From Mobula hypostoma (taxonomy: Eukaryota), in the NCBI RefSeq assembly GCF_963921235.1, contig NC_086097.1:171060001-171124000 (forward strand): DNA of 64,000 bases, written 5' to 3'. This document shows, piece after piece, positions 24,508 through 37,590 of the stretch (position 1 is its first letter; every line of letters begins with the position of its first letter). Under the pieces are notes generated by a model, which had not been told where the DNA came from, searched no databases, and saw only the letters and a program-made list of their open reading frames with translations. The position numbers were made by a program, and so were the translations under genes.

Positions 24508-25895
24508 ACAAACAAGAGAAAATCTGCAGATGCTAGAAATCCAAGCAACACACACAGAATGCTGGAGGAACTCAGCAGGTTAGGCAGCATCTATGGAAGA
24601 GTACAGTCGACGCTTTGGGCCGAGACCCTTCATTAAAACTGGAGAAAAAGACGAGGAGTCAGAGTAAGAAAGTTAGAGGAGGGAAGAAAGAACCACAAGG
24701 TGATAGGTGAAATTGGGAGGGGGTAGGGGTGAATTAAAGTTCTGGAAGTTGATTGGTGAAAGAGATCCAGGGCGGGAGAAGGGGAAATCTGATAGGAAAG
24801 GACAGGAGGCCTTGGAAGATAGAAAAGGGGGATGAGCACCAGAGGGAAGTGATAGGCAAACAAGGAGATAAGGTGAGAGAGGGAAATGGGAATGAGGAAT
24901 GCTGAAGAAGGGGGAGGGGGTCCTTACTGGAAGTTTGAGAAATCGATGTTCATGCCATAAGGTGTTGCTCTTCCAACTTGAGTGTGGTCTCATCGCGACA
25001 GTAGAGGAGGCCATGGACTGTGATGTTGGAATGGAAATGGCAAGTGGAATTTAAATGGGTGGCCACTGGGAGATCCCACTTTTCTGGCAGAAGCAGAATA
25101 AGTGCTCAGCGACGCGGTCTCCCAATATGTGTTGGGGATCACTGATACAGCGAGAGCAACGGACAGAGTATATGACCCCAACAGGCTCACAGGTGAAGTG
25201 TCGCCTCACCTGGAAGCACTGTTTGGGGCCCTGAGTGATAGTGAGGGAGGAGGTGTAGGGACAGGTGTAGCACTTGTTCTGCTTGCAAGGATAAGTGTCA
25301 GAAGGGAGATCAGTGGAGGGGGGGGAGTAAATGGATGAGGGGGTTGAATAGAGAGCGATCCCTGTGGAATGCAGAAAGTGGGGGAGGGGGAGGGAAAGAT
25401 GTGCTTGATGGTGGGATCCCACAGGAGATGGCGGAAGTTACGGAGGATTATGTACTGGATATAGAGGCTGGTGGGGTGGTAGGTGAGGACAAGAGGAATC
25501 CTATCCTTGGTGGGGTGGCGGACGATGGGGTGAAGGCAGATTTGCACGAAATGGAAGAGATGTGGGTGAGGACAGCATTGATGGTGGAGGAAGGGAAGCC
25601 TCTTTCCTTGAAGAAGGAGGACATCTCCTTCTTTCCAAAATGAATGCCTCATTCTGACAGCAGATGCAGTGGAGATGGAGGAATTGAGAGAAGGGGATAT
25701 TTTACATGTAACAGAGTGGGGAGAGGTATAGTCCAGGTAGCTGTGAGAATCAGCGGATTTATGATGGACACCAGTAGATAAGCTGTCTCCAAAGATAGAG
25801 GAAGGGAGATGGAGAAAGGGGAGGGAGGTGGTGGAAATGTACCAGGTAAATTTGAGGGCAGGGTAGAAATTGGAGGCAAAGTTGATGAAGTCATG
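24508..25895 (-). pseudogene. Degenerate Penelope-like element with terminal repeat
   Basis: YPCKQNKCYTCPYTSSLTITQGPKQCFQVRRHFTCEPVGVIYSVRCSRC; hammerhead-like motif remnant at about 24604-24640. Confidence 0.88.
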
Positions 25896-26059
25896 TGGGT
25901 GTCGTCATGTCAGTTTTTGCCAATTATCTTCATTCAATACTCCTTGTTTTTTGACCTTTTTCATCAATGTGATCAGTATTCCTCTGCCTAACTTTAATAT
26001 ATTTTGATTCCTCACAATTGTCTCTGCTACAAGAAAGTAACCTAAGTTCTTCATATCTG

Positions 26060-27325
26060 TAAATATTTTTATGAAAGTTGATGGTTCTGGATGGTGAGAA
26101 AGGTTGTCTAAAACAGGATGTAGATCATTTGGAAAGTTGGCCAGACCATTGCAGATGAATTTAATCCCATTAATTGTGAAGTGATACATTTTTGGAAATC
26201 AAATAAGGTCAGATTTAAACAGTATATGGTAGGGCACTCGAATCTGAATCAGCATCAGAACCAGAATCCGTTTTATTATCACTGGCAAATGACATAAATG
26301 TGTTGTTTTTCAGTAGCAGTACAGTGGAATACATAAAAATTACTGTCATTTAGAATAAGAAATATATGAAAAATAAATGAATTGTGCAAAATGAGAGCAA
26401 AATAGTGATGAGGTATTCATGGATTCAGGGACCTTTCAGGAATCTGATGATGGAGGGGAAGAAGCTGAAAATATTGAGTGTGCATCTATAGGTTCCTGTA
26501 TCTCTTCCAGGATGATAGTAATGAGAAGAGAACATGTCCTGGATGGAGAGGATCTATCAAGGACATCGATGAACAGAAGTACCTTGGTATTCAAGAATAA
26601 CATAGGTAGATAGAGTGGTGAAGAAGGCATATAGCATACTTGCCTTCATTGGTTAGGGCAAACAGTTAAAAAAGTTGGGACAATGTGTTGTGAATTTACA
26701 AAACCCTGTTTAGACAACACTTGGAGATGCAGCTGTGTGCATTTCTGGTCATCACACTGTGGAAAGGATATGATTGTGCCGGACTATATGCCGAGGAAAT
26801 CCACTGGGATGATGTCTGGAATGGAAGACCTTAATTATGAGTAAAGACTGGATTGTTTGAGTCTGTTTTTCCAGAATGAAGAAGGCTGAGAGATGAGCTG
26901 ATAGAGCTATGTAAAATTATATGGGCATTAATGGGGTTGAATATTTTTCCATGGTAGAGGTAGTAATAATAGCAGGGCATCGATTTAAGGTGAAAAAGAA
27001 AATATTTCAGAGGGAAAAAAGAACTTGAGGTGAAAGTTTTTACATAGACATGTTTAATATCTGGAACAACATACATCAAAGTTGCTGGTGAACGCAGCAG
27101 GCCAGGCAGCATCTATAGGAAGAAGCGCAGTCGACGTTTCAGGCCGAGACCCTTCGTTAATATCTGGAGCTCTGCTGGAGGAGGTGATGAAGTCAAGAAC
27201 AGTTGCACTGTTTAAGAGTTATTTAGACAGGCTCTGAAATAGGCAAGAGTGTGGACCTAAAGTGGGAAAATTGGATGGCATGGATCTGTGGACTGCTCTA
27301 TACTCGATGACTCTATTGTTCTATG
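26060..27325 (+). mobile_element. Degenerate CR1 RT region with nested Rex-like tail (about 26240-26570) and a young 91-bp PLE insert
   Basis: CR1 motifs (WQMNLIP.NCEVIHFG; CVHFWSSH) recognisable across the nested pieces. Confidence 0.65.
27066..27156 (-). mobile_element. 91-bp young PLE 3'-terminal insertion with 12-bp TSD
   Basis: TTAATATCTGGA at 27054-27065 and 27157-27168; insert nearly identical to the reverse complement of 41368-41456. Confidence 0.92.
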
Positions 27326-28932
27326 ACCTTTCTGCACTTTCTCCAAAACTACCACATCTTCCCAATGTTTGTCACCTAGAACTGGCCACAACAATGTGAC
27401 TAAAACTTCTGTCTTATAAGGGTTTTCGCAGGGTTTTCCTGCTCATGTAGTCTGCCCTTCGATTTATAAAACACAGGATACTGATTGCTTTTAAACTTCT
27501 CTCTCAACCTTCTCAACTTAAAAAAACTATGCATATAACTTGCAGATCTCACTGTTGTGCCCCTTTTATAACTTCATGAGGCTCACAAACAGCTTCTACA
27601 TTTATATGACTATTGGTTAGTTCCATTGTACAATATATTGGACTCCTGACCTCACAACCTACCTTGTTATGATCTTGCACTTTAATGTTTACTTGCTCTG
27701 CTCTTTCTCTGTGGCTCTTAAACTTTATTCTGTCTCGTTATTGTCTTGCCTTGCTCTATCTCAATGCACTGTACGATGATCCAATTTGTATGAACCATAT
27801 GCAAGACATGTTTCCATTTCAAAGTTCAAAATTCAAAATAAATGTATTAACAAAGTACATATACGTCACCAAATACAACCCTGAGATTTACTTTCTTGCC
27901 TTCTTTCACAAAGAATGCAAGAAAGACAAGATAATCAATAAAAGAGGACACCCAACAGGATGGACAACCAATGTGCAAAAGACAACAAATAGTGTAAATT
28001 CCCCCCAAAAAAAGAAAAAATAATAATAAATAAATAACAGTGATAATAATAAACCAATTCCGCCTTCTAGTTTTCTACAGTTGCTTCCTTGGTGGTAGAT
28101 GTCACAGGTTTGGGAGATATTCCTGACTAACATCAGAGAGTTAGTTTAGAGAGCATAGGTTTAAGGTGAGAGGAGAACAAAATTTAAAGGGGATTGGTGG
28201 GGGGTTGAGGGGGGGTGATCAACAGCCTCATACATAAGGTGGTGCGTACATGGACTAAGCTGCAAGGTGAAATGTTTGAGGTAGGTACAATAACAACAGT
28301 TAAAGACATTCAGAAAGGTAAAAGAGAGATATGGGTAAAATGTCGGGATTCGCTAAGGGAGACATTTTGATCTGCATAGAGGAGTTGGACCGAAGGGCCT
28401 GGAGAGTACTGTTCTCCATGAGTGACTGCAATGATTAGGGGACATAATGCTAACAGAGGAACTGACTGCAAATTGCATAGGATTTGTATGCTAAATCTTA
28501 CTGTAAAATATACCCTCAATAATGATGAAACTTGTTACAAATGCCCTGGATATAAATTCAGAAGTTGAGCATCTCTGGATCTTCTTGATCGATTTACGTT
28601 ACTCTGCCATTTGGTTTGGATACATGGCATATTTCCTGGGCCTTTCCTTAATTATTATGCTCCACTTGCACATTAATTGGCCATTAAATTTGCTTTAGAA
28701 CATAAGTGTGTGTACTTTACAATCTAAGAACCCTTTCAACGTCACAATGGTTGTTAAAGTAAAGCTGCACATCAGCCCTTCCCTCGAAGGAAATGATATT
28801 AACTGTTCATTCACTCTTGCTAATTTCTTCACAAGTATTGCAAATTTATTGCGTTCATTAATTTATTGTTACTAATTTCAATCTGTTGTTGACTCTTACA
28901 ATCCAATCTTTGGATTCTTCTCTATGGTGCAT

Positions 28933-29592
28933 TTAGATTAGATTATGAGGACACTCAGTTCTCGTTTATTGTCATCTAGAAATGCATGCATGCATTAAGA
29001 AATGATACAATGTTCCTCCAGAGTGATATCACAAAAAAACCAAAGACTAACACTGACAAGACCACATAATTATAACATATAGTTACAGCAGTGCAAAGCA
29101 ATACCATAATTTGATAAAGAGCAGACCATGGGAACGGTAAAAAAAAAGTCTCAAAGTTCCGATCGACTCCCGATAGTCCCCGATAGCAGACGGCAGAAGG
29201 GAGAAACTCTCTCTGTCATAAACCTCCAAGCACCGACAACCATCGATGCATTGGAAGCACCGACCACAGCCGACTCTGAGTCCATCCGAAAACTTTGAGC
29301 CTCTGACCAGCCCTTCGACACCAAGCACCAAGGACCATCTCTGCTGAGCACTTCGACCCTGGCCCTGGCCACCAAGCAACAGGCAAAGCCGAGGATTCGG
29401 GGCCTTCCCCTCCGGAGATTCTGGATCACACAGTAACAGCTGCAGCGTAAAAGGCATTTCAGATGTTCCTCCATTCTCTCACGTCTGTCTCCATCAAATC
29501 AGAATTGTGCACAACACCCTACTTGACAGATTACAGATATCATTCACCGGAGTGGCCGCACAAGTTGAATCGCGCCGCCATCTTCTCCTCCT
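28933..29592 (-). mobile_element. CpG-rich non-autonomous non-LTR element, (ATCTA)n tail, 5' AAGATGGCGGCG
   Basis: Same layout as the 17152 and 18945 elements; retained CpGs suggest youth. Confidence 0.65.
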
Positions 29593-30074
29593 TTCAGAAC
29601 CTGATTTTATTCTAGTTCACTCAGTCATCATCTTTCCTCTCTTCCTTTCATAAATTTAATTGACCCAAGGAAATGTGCGGAGAGCAGGGGACTGGATTGC
29701 AGGTAGTGCTGCTGCCTCAGAGCTCCAGTGACGTGAAGTTGATTGTGATCATGGAGAGCTTGCACATTAGTGTCATGGAGTCTGGAACTGGAAACTGGAA
29801 TTGGTTTATTTTTGTCACACGTACTGAAGTTTAGTAACAATCTTGACCTGCATACTGTTCATACAGATCAATTCATTACACAGTGCATTGAGGTGGTATG
29901 AAATAAAACAGTTACCATCTGCCCTCCCCACTTCGCTTCCTTAATTCCATGCCCCACCTTCCTATCCTATCAGATTCCATCATCACCAGCCCTTTGTTAC
30001 TATATCTACTCTTCCCTCCTCCATTTCCTCATCACTTTGATCCACCTATCGTGCCAGCCTGCTTTGCTGCTTCT

Positions 30075-30500
30075 CACAGGAATTCAGAAAAATGAGAAGA
30101 GATCTTATAGAAACACATAAAGTTTATGAGAGGAACAGATAAGAAAGAGGCAGGACTGTTGTTTTAAATTGTAGGTAAGAATAGAACTAGGGGACATAGC
30201 CTCAGGATTAGGAAGAATTGGATGAATTGAGAAGAAACTGCTTTTCCCAGAGAGTAGTGCATCCTTTACCTAGGGAGGTAGGAAAGTCTCCCTTATTAAA
30301 TATAGTTAAGATGCAGTTAGATTTATACATAGCAGGGAAATTAAGGGTTATGGGGGAAAAGGCAGATGTTGTTGTGGAGTTGAAAAAAAGGTGGAGATGA
30401 ATTCACAGCCAGACCTATTTTGATCTTGTTGAATGGTGGAGCAGCCTCAACAGGCCAAATGGCCTATTCCTGCTCCTGTTTCTTAAGTACTTATATTCTC
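30075..30500 (+). mobile_element. CR1 LINE 3' fragment
   Basis: EFRKMRRDLIET...RTRGHSLRI...RNCFSQRVV. Confidence 0.7.
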
Positions 30501-33500
30501 ATGCCAACTCTGCCATGGACGGTGCCAAGCCAAGACAGGAAAGGAGGAGGGCTAGGCATGAGACTAGCAAATGATCCTGTTAAAACCCTGTGATACAGAA
30601 ATTCAGGCTGAAACTCTAAAGTCCTCATCCCGGGGAGATGATGGACACACCACGAGATGGGTTACACCTGGAGGCAATGTGAAATCTGTCACAGGAGAAC
30701 ACTGGTGGGCTACTTCTGGAGCCCAAGCCTCAGTAAGGGTGATGGGGCTTAAGTATGTTCTTATGTTCCCTCTTCCTTCCTCATTTATACCGTTCCTCAC
30801 CTAGACCTACCTATTAATTGCCAGCTCTTGCTCTACCCCTTTTTGCACCTCTTTATACTGGCTATCTCCCCTCTATCTTTTAGTTCAGATGAAGGGTCTC
30901 AACCCCAAATGGTTACTGTCCATTTCCCTCCAGAGATGCTGCCGGACTTGCTGAATTCCCCTCGCACCTTCTTTGTTGCTCCAGATCCAGGTCTCTGCAG
31001 TCTTTTGTGTTTCCTCTTGATGTTCTGTTTTACTCTTGTATTCAGAAGCCAATTCTTTTCAGTGAGTTGGCTGCTGTAAATGACCCAGGAGCAGGTGGGT
31101 TGAAAGAGAACCAGTGGAGAGCTCAGGAGTGTGCGAGGGAGAATAGGTAAACGGAAGATATGGGGGAATGGGATTGATGGGACTACTCAAGAATCAAGAA
31201 TCCGGTTTGTTATCACTGACATTTGTCAGGATATTCATTGTTTTGTATCAACAATAGAGAGCAAGGCATAAATCATTTCTAAAAATAAATCTTAAAAAGT
31301 GAAAAAGAGGAGTAGCGAGGTCGTGTTCCTGGGTTCACAGAGCGTTCAGAAATTTGATGGCAGAGAGGAAAAAGATGTTCCTAAAATATTGATTGTGGGT
31401 TTTCAGGCTCCTTTACCTCCTCCCTGATGGTAGCAATCTGAAGAGAGTTAGCATTGAATTGATGGCTTGAATGGTCTTGTGTGTTGAGAGGAAGTATGAA
31501 TATTGTAAATACGTTTGGTTGGTCCTATTATTCACAGAGCTTTCCAAGGCCTACAGCTTGTATGTTCCACCCAGTTTATGATATTGGCAAATTCAATAAG
31601 TCTACATTTGGTTCTTTTATCCAGATCAATGATGAGTACTGTGAATGCCCATTGAAAGCTGATGAATGCATCATGTTGTTAGTTTAGCTCCCTGAGCCTT
31701 TAATATCCTTGAGTTCAAACATGCTGCCTCATGGAGATATGCTTAACCAAGTATTAAACAAACATCAATGATAACATTACCCCTCCAGCAAGAGTATACA
31801 GAGATGTTGCAAAGCATTGAAATCAATCCCACAAGAATTTTCTTTGTCACATTGCAAGTTGTCAGATTTATTATGAAGAATATAATGTTTAAGTGTAAAA
31901 CTAATGTAACAGGCTAGAACCTTGAAATTACAGGGAAGGCTTCCACACGTAGGTAGAGATATTTTTTTAAACCTTGTATCCATCTTCATTGCTTTCTCTG
32001 GAGACTTTCTGGCAGAGTACAGGGAGCATTTGTTGCTCTTCCATCTCAGCTCACTAATGCCTCGTTCAGACATTGCCAGGATTTCTTGGCTCTTGATCTC
32101 ACAACAGCTTTGGTGCGGTCAATGAGCTGAATTTGTTGACTTAACAATGAAGAGAGTCAGGTCCATTTATTTCTTGTATTTCCCTCATTTTATGTTTGTG
32201 CTTGAAATATTTCTCCCACAGTCCTCTACTTATAGATTAATTCAGTAATACACCATGGAAACAACCCCTTTGGACCAAATCCTCCATGCCGGCCACGGTG
32301 CCCACCAAGATGTTCCCATTTGCCTGCCTTTAGTCCATATCCCTCACATCCCCTCATATCCATGTGCTTATCCAATTGGCTTCCACCATCTTCTTGACCT
32401 CAGCAACCTTGGCTTCAAATATTACCCACATCTCCTCTTTCAGTCCTTTGTCAATTATTGCAAATCTTCAGCCTCTGGATTCCTTCTGAGAGGAAAGAGT
32501 CCCATTTTGACTTTGACCAGTTCTGTTCCTTCCACTGCTGCCACACTTGTTGCAAGCCATGGTTTCCACAAGTCATTCCTTTGTGACTGTCACCTGTGAC
32601 ACAGCAGAGCAGATGAACTCTTGATCTCTCGATCTACCTCATCATGGCCCCTGATCCTTACTTGTGTGCCTGCACTGCACTTTCTCTCTAACTGCAGCAC
32701 AGTATTCTGCATTCTTTTTTATTTTCCTTTTGCAATATCTTGACATACTGAATGATCTCTTCGATGCCATGCAAACAAAAGCTTTTGAAGATATCTTGGA
32801 ACATGAAAACATATAATAAAACCAATTACCCATTTTACAAGAGAATCCCTCTCCTCCACACACTACCATGAACAGGTATCTTGCAGTGTATTTGGAATAT
32901 ATTTGATTTTAGTTTTATGCTTTCTTTCAATGTACGAGAACAATCTGACAGCAGAAACCATTCAACCAATTGACTCAGTGCCAGCTCTTTCTGCAAACAA
33001 GTTAGTCTTGTTCACCAGTCCTTTCCATAGTGAAGTTTATTTTTCTTCAAGTGTCTAAGAAGGCTTTGAAAGCTTTCTTGTTTCCACCATATACCAGCAG
33101 TTCAGATGTAGGCTCTCAACCTGAAATGTTGGTGCAGGTGCTGGTACACCCATGGAATCCCTCCAGCAGATTGTTTGTTGCTCTACATTCCAGCATCTGC
33201 AGTCACTTGTGCCCATACTTACAGGTGCTTTGTTCCAGGACAGAACCAGTCTCCGGCTTGAAAAAAAATCTCTATATCTCCTCTGTCTTGCTTCTTATAC
33301 CTGGCCCTTGAACTCTTCAACAATACTTTTACTGCTTCCACAGGAAGGAGAACCACCTTTGAAAAAATCTCCTTTCACAAGTCTAGTGGATATAGTCAGT
33401 CAACAAAGCATTTGGTCACTAACACAGAAACATTTTACTGTGTGTCTTCTATTCATGGGCCCAGTGTATCTGCAACTAGAACTATTTATTCATCTGCAGG

Positions 33501-33779
33501 TCAGCCAATTAAACAGCAAAGGAGTCATAGAGTAAAAGCAGCATGGAAACAGGCCCTTCGGCCCAACAGTTTCATGCTGACTACAGCATATTCCCTGCTT
33601 ATCCAAGTTGCCTGTGCTTGGCACATAGCTCACAGGCTGTTCCCTTCTGTGCACCTATCCAAATGCCTCTTGAAGTTGTATACACCTGGACATAGAACAC
33701 AGGGGTAAGATGGTGCTTGCTGCAATTGGGATATTGTTCAGCATTATGTCCATGTCAACAATGCATGTTCACTTCCCTA

Positions 33780-34095
33780 TTCCTTACAGAGTAGAAATGG
33801 GCCATTTCCCATGGAGTATATGCTGGCTGACAGAGAAATTCTGTTCTCCCACTGGTTTTAACTGTGCCCTTATCTCCCTCTGTTATCTACCACCCACCCA
33901 CCAAAAGAAATGTACTGTGGACGTTTAACCTAGTGACTCTCAAGCCTTTGGAACATGTAGGAAAATAGAGCAGCTAAGGGAAACCCATGTGGCCACAGAG
34001 AGAACATGAAAACTTCACACAGACAGCATCCAAGGTTGGGATTAAACCCAGATTATTGGAGTACTGAGGCAGCAGCTTTACAAGCTGTGCATTGT
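33780..34095 (-). mobile_element. tRNA-derived SINE (V-SINE-like), degenerate
   Basis: Complement of the SINE head and core seen at 19950 and 46885. Confidence 0.55.
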
Positions 34096-35676
34096 CCTGC
34101 TCTTGCTACACACACACATACATGTGCATACAAACAAACAGACATACATACATATGTGCCTGTGCTCACAGACCGACAGACAGACGGACACACACATATA
34201 CTGTGTGGAGCCGATACACAAAACTCAGGGAGTTTTGGGAAGCCTACTCGTCATGTTTCAAGGTGTTACTTACTGTTGGTGGCCAAGAAAAGGTCCACTT
34301 CACTCAACAGTTACATGGAGTTTAAAAGAATGAGGAGTGAACTTACTAAAATAGTTAAGATCCTGATGGGGACAGTCTTAAACAAGGGGATAGAATTACA
34401 AAATTAGGGGGTAGTCACTCAGCTGTGTAGGAACTTCTTTACCGAGAGGGTGAGCACTGTTGCTAACTGCAGTCTAGATAAGGAGTTTTGACCAGAAATA
34501 TTGCATGTCCATTACCCTCCATAGATTCTGCTCACTCATGAAGTTCCTCCAGCAGTTTGTTTGTTGATCCAGATTCCAACATCTGCAGACTCTTGTTTGT
34601 TCCAGAGGGTGTTGAATCTCTGGAATTCTCTACCTTGGATGGCTGCGAAGGTACTTAAGAAATAAAATGAACTTTTGAAAGATTTGGGAATCAAGCTCTT
34701 TGGCGAGCTAGCAGAAAAGAGGAGATAAGGCCTGAGATAGATCAGTTATAATCATGTTGAAAGGCAGGGCAGGCGTGAGGGTCAAAGTGCCTACTTCTGC
34801 ATCTATATTGTGGTCTTCTTGAGGCAGTTCCTCTTATAAATACTACAAATGGTGTAGAAGGATGACCTGTGATGGATCATGCAAGGTCTATGATATCTAT
34901 CATCTATCATCAAAGATCCCATCATTTGGGCCATACCATCTTCTTGCCATTGGGCAGGAGATACAGAAAACTGAAGTCCAACACTGTAAAATTCAAGAAC
35001 ATTGGGTCGCTGGTGTTCAGTTAACACATCCCTATCAGAGCTCCAGTGATGGGTTCGGTTCCTGCTGCTGTCTGTAAGGAGGTTGTGTCATCTCACTATG
35101 ACTGTGTGGGTTTTCTCTAGGTGTTCCCACATTCCAAAGACATACGATTTTATTGGTTAGTTGGTGACATGGGTGCAGTTGGGTGGCACGGGCTCATTGG
35201 GCTGGAAGAGAATGTTATTGTGCTGCACCTCCAAATAAAAGAAAATAAAAATACAGTTCTTAAACTAATTGGCACAATCCTATTCACTCCCTTGGTACAG
35301 CAACGCGAGAACCATTTCAGATTTTTTTTTGATTTAACTGTGATTTCTTCAAATAAATTGTGTAAAGTTTATCTTTAATTTATGGTTTTCTTGTGAATGC
35401 TGCTTATCTGATGCTATGTGCCTGTGATACTGTTGCAAATAAGTTTTTCATTGCACCTGTGCATACATCTAATTGTGTAGATCACAATAAACTTGACTTT
35501 GACTTAATTTGTTCTTGTGTTTTTATTACAGCTCTCAGGAGAGCATGCTCATTAATTCCATTCCATTCCCTGCTATTTATTTCCTTGTAATTCTTGCAAA
35601 CATGCCCATCAACTGCTCTTTTATTCCTCTTGCTACTCACCTACATACCAGGGGGTGACTTATAATGGCCAAGTGA

Positions 35677-36657
35677 CCATAGAAAAACTACAGCACAGAA
35701 ACAGGCCTTTTGGCCCTTCTTGGCTGTGCCGAACCATTTTCTGCCTAGTCCCACTGAGCTGCACACGGACCATATCTCTCCATACACCTCCCATCCATGT
35801 ATCTGTCCAATTTATTCTTAAATGTTAAAAAAGAACCTGCATTTACCACCTCGTCTGGCAGCTCATTCCATACTCCCACCACTCTCTGTGTGAAGAAGCC
35901 CTCCCTAATGTTCCCTTTAAACTTTTCCCCCCTCACCTTTAACCCATGTCCTCTGGTTTTTTTCTCCCCTTGCCTCAGTGGAAAAAGCCTGCTTGCATTC
36001 ACTCTATCTATACCCATCATAATTTTATATACCTCTATCAAATCTCCCCTCATTCTTCTACGCTCCAGGGAATAAAGTCCTAACCTATTCAACCTTTCTC
36101 TGTAACTGAGTTTCTCAAGTCTTGGCAACATCCTTGTAAACCTTCTCTGCACTCTTTCAACCTTACTTATATCCTTCCTGTAATTTGGTGACCAAAACTG
36201 AACACAATACTCCAGATTCGGCCTCACCAATGCCTTATATAACTTCATCATAACATTACTTTGATTAATAAAGGCCAATGTACCAAAAGCTCTCTTTACG
36301 ACCCTATCTACCTGTGATGCCACTTTTAGGGAATTTTGTATCTGTATTCCCAGATTCCTCTGTTCTACTGCACTCCTCAGTGCCTTACCATTAACCCTGT
36401 ATGTTCTACCTTGGTTTGTCCTTCCAACATGGAATACCTCACACTTGTCTGTATTAAACTCCATCTGCCGTTTTTCAGCCCATTTTTCCAGCTGGTCCAA
36501 GTCCCTCTGCAGGCTCTGAAAACCTTCCTCACTGTCTACTACACCTCCAATCTTTGTATCATCAGCAAATTTGCTGATCCAATTTACCACATTATCATCC
36601 AGATCATTGATATAGATGACAAATAACAATGGACCCAGCACTGATCCCTGTGGCACA
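35677..36657 (-). mobile_element. Young 5'-truncated CR1 LINE inserted into a SINE
   Basis: Uninterrupted 303-codon frame plus 3' tail; SINE halves at about 35580-35676 and 36660-36825. Confidence 0.92.
35745..36656 (-). CDS. CR1 ORF2 reverse transcriptase C-terminal part (truncated, not a functional gene)
   Basis: VPQGSVLGPLLFVIYINDL...SKFADDTKIGG...LVRPNLEYCVQFWSP. Confidence 0.85.
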   Translation of the reverse strand: MPQGSVLGPLLFVIYINDLDDNVVNWISKFADDTKIGGVVDSEEGFQSLQRDLDQLEKWAEKRQMEFNTDKCEVFHVGRTNQGRTYRVNGKALRSAVEQRNLGIQIQNSLKVASQVDRVVKRAFGTLAFINQSNVMMKLYKALVRPNLEYCVQFWSPNYRKDISKVERVQRRFTRMLPRLEKLSYRERLNRLGLYSLERRRMRGDLIEVYKIMMGIDRVNASRLFPLRQGEKKTRGHGLKVRGEKFKGNIREGFFTQRVVGVWNELPDEVVNAGSFLTFKNKLDRYMDGRCMERYGPCAAQWD

Positions 36658-36849
36658 GGGACCTACCAATGTGTATAGCTTCAGGATGTGGGAGGAAATC
36701 AGAGGAATTCCATGGGGTCACAGGGAGAATGCTCAGGCTCCACATGGTCAACACCAGAGCTCACATCAAACCCCAGTTACTGAAGCTGTAAGGCAGCAGT
36801 ACTAACTTTTCTGCCACTGTGCAGCCCTGACACCAACCAACTCCATTTG

Positions 36850-37155
36850 GGACAAAGAACAGGGTCAGGTCCTTCAGCCCACAATGTGTTCACTGAACGC
36901 AATGGCAAATTAATCTAAATCTCTTCTGCCTGTGTGTGGTCCACATCGCTCCATTCCCTACATGATAATGTGTCTAACAGACTCTTAAATGGCACTCCTG
37001 CCTGCTTCCACCACCACTCCTGGCACCCCATTCCAAGCACCCACCATTCTCTGGGTAAGTCAGCTTATCCCTCACACCCCCTTTAAACCTTTCCGTTTCT
37101 TATCTTGGATGCTTGTCATCTAGTACTTGACATTTCTACCATGAAAAAGAGATTT
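36850..37155 (-). mobile_element. CR1 3' fragment
   Basis: Similar to 20240-20660 and 50330-50710. Confidence 0.55.
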
Positions 37156-37174
37156 AAAATGAGGTGACCTTTTG

Positions 37175-37590
37175 GTGTAGGTTTATTATCGTCACATGTA
37201 CCAACATAGCTTGAAAAAGTTGAAACAGTGGCAATACAGAAAAAAAGTTTAAAAAAACTACTGAGAGAGTGCAGTGCAGGCAAACGATAAAGGGGAAGAA
37301 CATAATGAGGTAAATTGTGAGGTCAAGAGTAAAGAGGACCATTCCAGAATCTGATACCAGTGGGATAGAAGCTATCCTTGAGACTGGTGATAGGTACTTC
37401 CAGGCTCTTCTATCTTTCTGAGCAATGGGAAAGAGGAGAAGAGACAATGTCCAGGGTGTATAGGGTCTTCAATGATGCTGCCTGCTTTACTGAGACAGCA
37501 TGAAATATGGACAGTGTCCATAGAGGGGAGGCTCTTTCCTTTGATGTGCTGAGCTCAGTTCTCAATTCTCTACAGTTTCTTTGATCAATA
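37175..37590 (-). mobile_element. Rex/Babar-like 3' fragment
   Basis: KQAASLKTLYTLDI and UTR shared with other copies. Confidence 0.6.

Noticed and set aside
30500..30768. Possible RTE-related short element
   Set aside because: Only the tail (GGGGCTTAAGTA) is suggestive; boundaries and TSD could not be supported
31960..32135. Possible minus-strand exon (MEEQQMLPVLCQKVSRESNEDGYK)
   Set aside because: Weak splice signals, upstream stops, no recognisable protein
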